A stretch of 64,000 nucleotides of DNA from the human T2T-CHM13v2.0 reference genome, Homo sapiens: assembly GCF_009914755.1 (NCBI RefSeq), contig NC_060946.1. One strand, 5' to 3'. Below the pieces are notes generated by a model. The model was given only the letters and a program-made list of their open reading frames with translations. It was not told where the DNA came from and made no database searches. The position numbers were made by a program, and so were the translations under genes. Positions 63,077 through 64,000 of this stretch are shown here, piece by piece; position 1 is the first letter of the stretch, and every line of letters starts with the position of its first letter.

Positions 63077-63975
63077 CTCTTTCCCATCTTGCAAGATGGT
63101 GAGAAGTTGGATACTGAGGAGAAGAAACCCGAAGCCAAGAAGGCTGATGCTGGTGGCAAGGTGAAAAGGGGGAACCTCAAAGCTAAAAAGCCCAAGGGGG
63201 AAGCCCCATTGAAGCTGAAATCCCATCCTTGTCAGAGGAATTGGCAGATATTCCCAATCTGCTACATATTCCAGAAAGGCCGTGTACAAGAGGAAGTACT
63301 CAGCTGCTAAATCCAAGGTTGAAAAGAAAAAGGAGGAGAAGGTTCTTGCAACTGTTACAAACAGTTGGTGGTGACAAGAATGGTGGTACCCGGCTGGTTC
63401 AACTTCACAAAATGCCTAGATATTCTCCTACTGAAGACATGCCTTGGAAGCTATTGAGCCATGGCAAAAACCCCTTCAGCCAGCATGGGAGAAAACTGTA
63501 AGCCAGCATCACCCCTGGGACCTTCTGATCATCCTCACTGGACACCACAGAGGCAAGAGGGCGGTTCTCCTGAAGAGCTGGGCAGTGGCTGTTACTTGTG
63601 TCTGGACCTCTGGTCCTCAGTTGAGGACACACCAGAAATTTGCCATTGCCACCTCAACCAAAATTGGTATCAGCAATGTGAAAATCCCAATACATCTTAC
63701 TGATGCTTAATTCAAGCAGCAGCAGCTGCAGAACCCCAGACACCAGAAAGGTGAGCTCTTCGACACACAAACAGAGAAGTACAAGATTACAGGGCAGCGC
63801 AAGGTTGATCATCAAAAAGCTGTGGACTCACAAATTTTACTGAGTATCAAAGCTATTCCTCAGCTCCAGGGCTACCTGAGATCTGTGTTTGCCCTGATGA
63901 GTGGAGTTTATCCCTCACAAACTGGTGTTCTAAATTTCTTAAGAACCTAATAAAGGATATATAAAAATAAAATAA
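63077..63975 (+). pseudogene. Processed pseudogene of ribosomal protein L6 (RPL6), antisense within a PHF21B intron
   Basis: 5'TOP CTCTTTCC, ATG 63096, intronless RPL6-like peptides ([15 protein letters not shown]; GGDKNGGTR; KMPRY; RTHQKF) in shifting frames, TAA 63931, AATAAA 63949, A-rich tail. Confidence 0.95.
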
Positions 63976-64000
63976 CTATTTTTTGAATTTCGTATACTTT

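Overview
Primate (most likely human, 22q13.3) genomic DNA, rich in Alu, LTR and L1 repeats. The + strand carries the last five coding exons of ARHGAP8/BPGAP1 (RhoGAP domain, 6822-24120; also shared with the PRR5-ARHGAP8 read-through). Convergent on the - strand are the last eight coding exons and ~1.9-kb 3'UTR of PHF21B (PHD finger plus coiled coil, 57582-~42690). An RPL6 processed pseudogene lies at the right end. All exons were assembled by eye with GT-AG boundaries and consistent phases. Most notable: (1) a 23-nt frame-critical PHF21B microexon with neural-microexon architecture, whose skipping creates a stop before the PHD finger, next to a YCAY-rich hairpin minisatellite; (2) a complex duplication just 3' of ARHGAP8 that includes a 2-kb inverted copy of an ARHGAP8 exon region, brackets the terminal exon and has a ~420-bp near-identical core; (3) a tandem repeat of a PHF21B 5' splice site; (4) a templated insertion with target-site duplication inside an MLT1 LTR. 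Repeat-family names and boundaries are by-eye approximations, and no database search was run.
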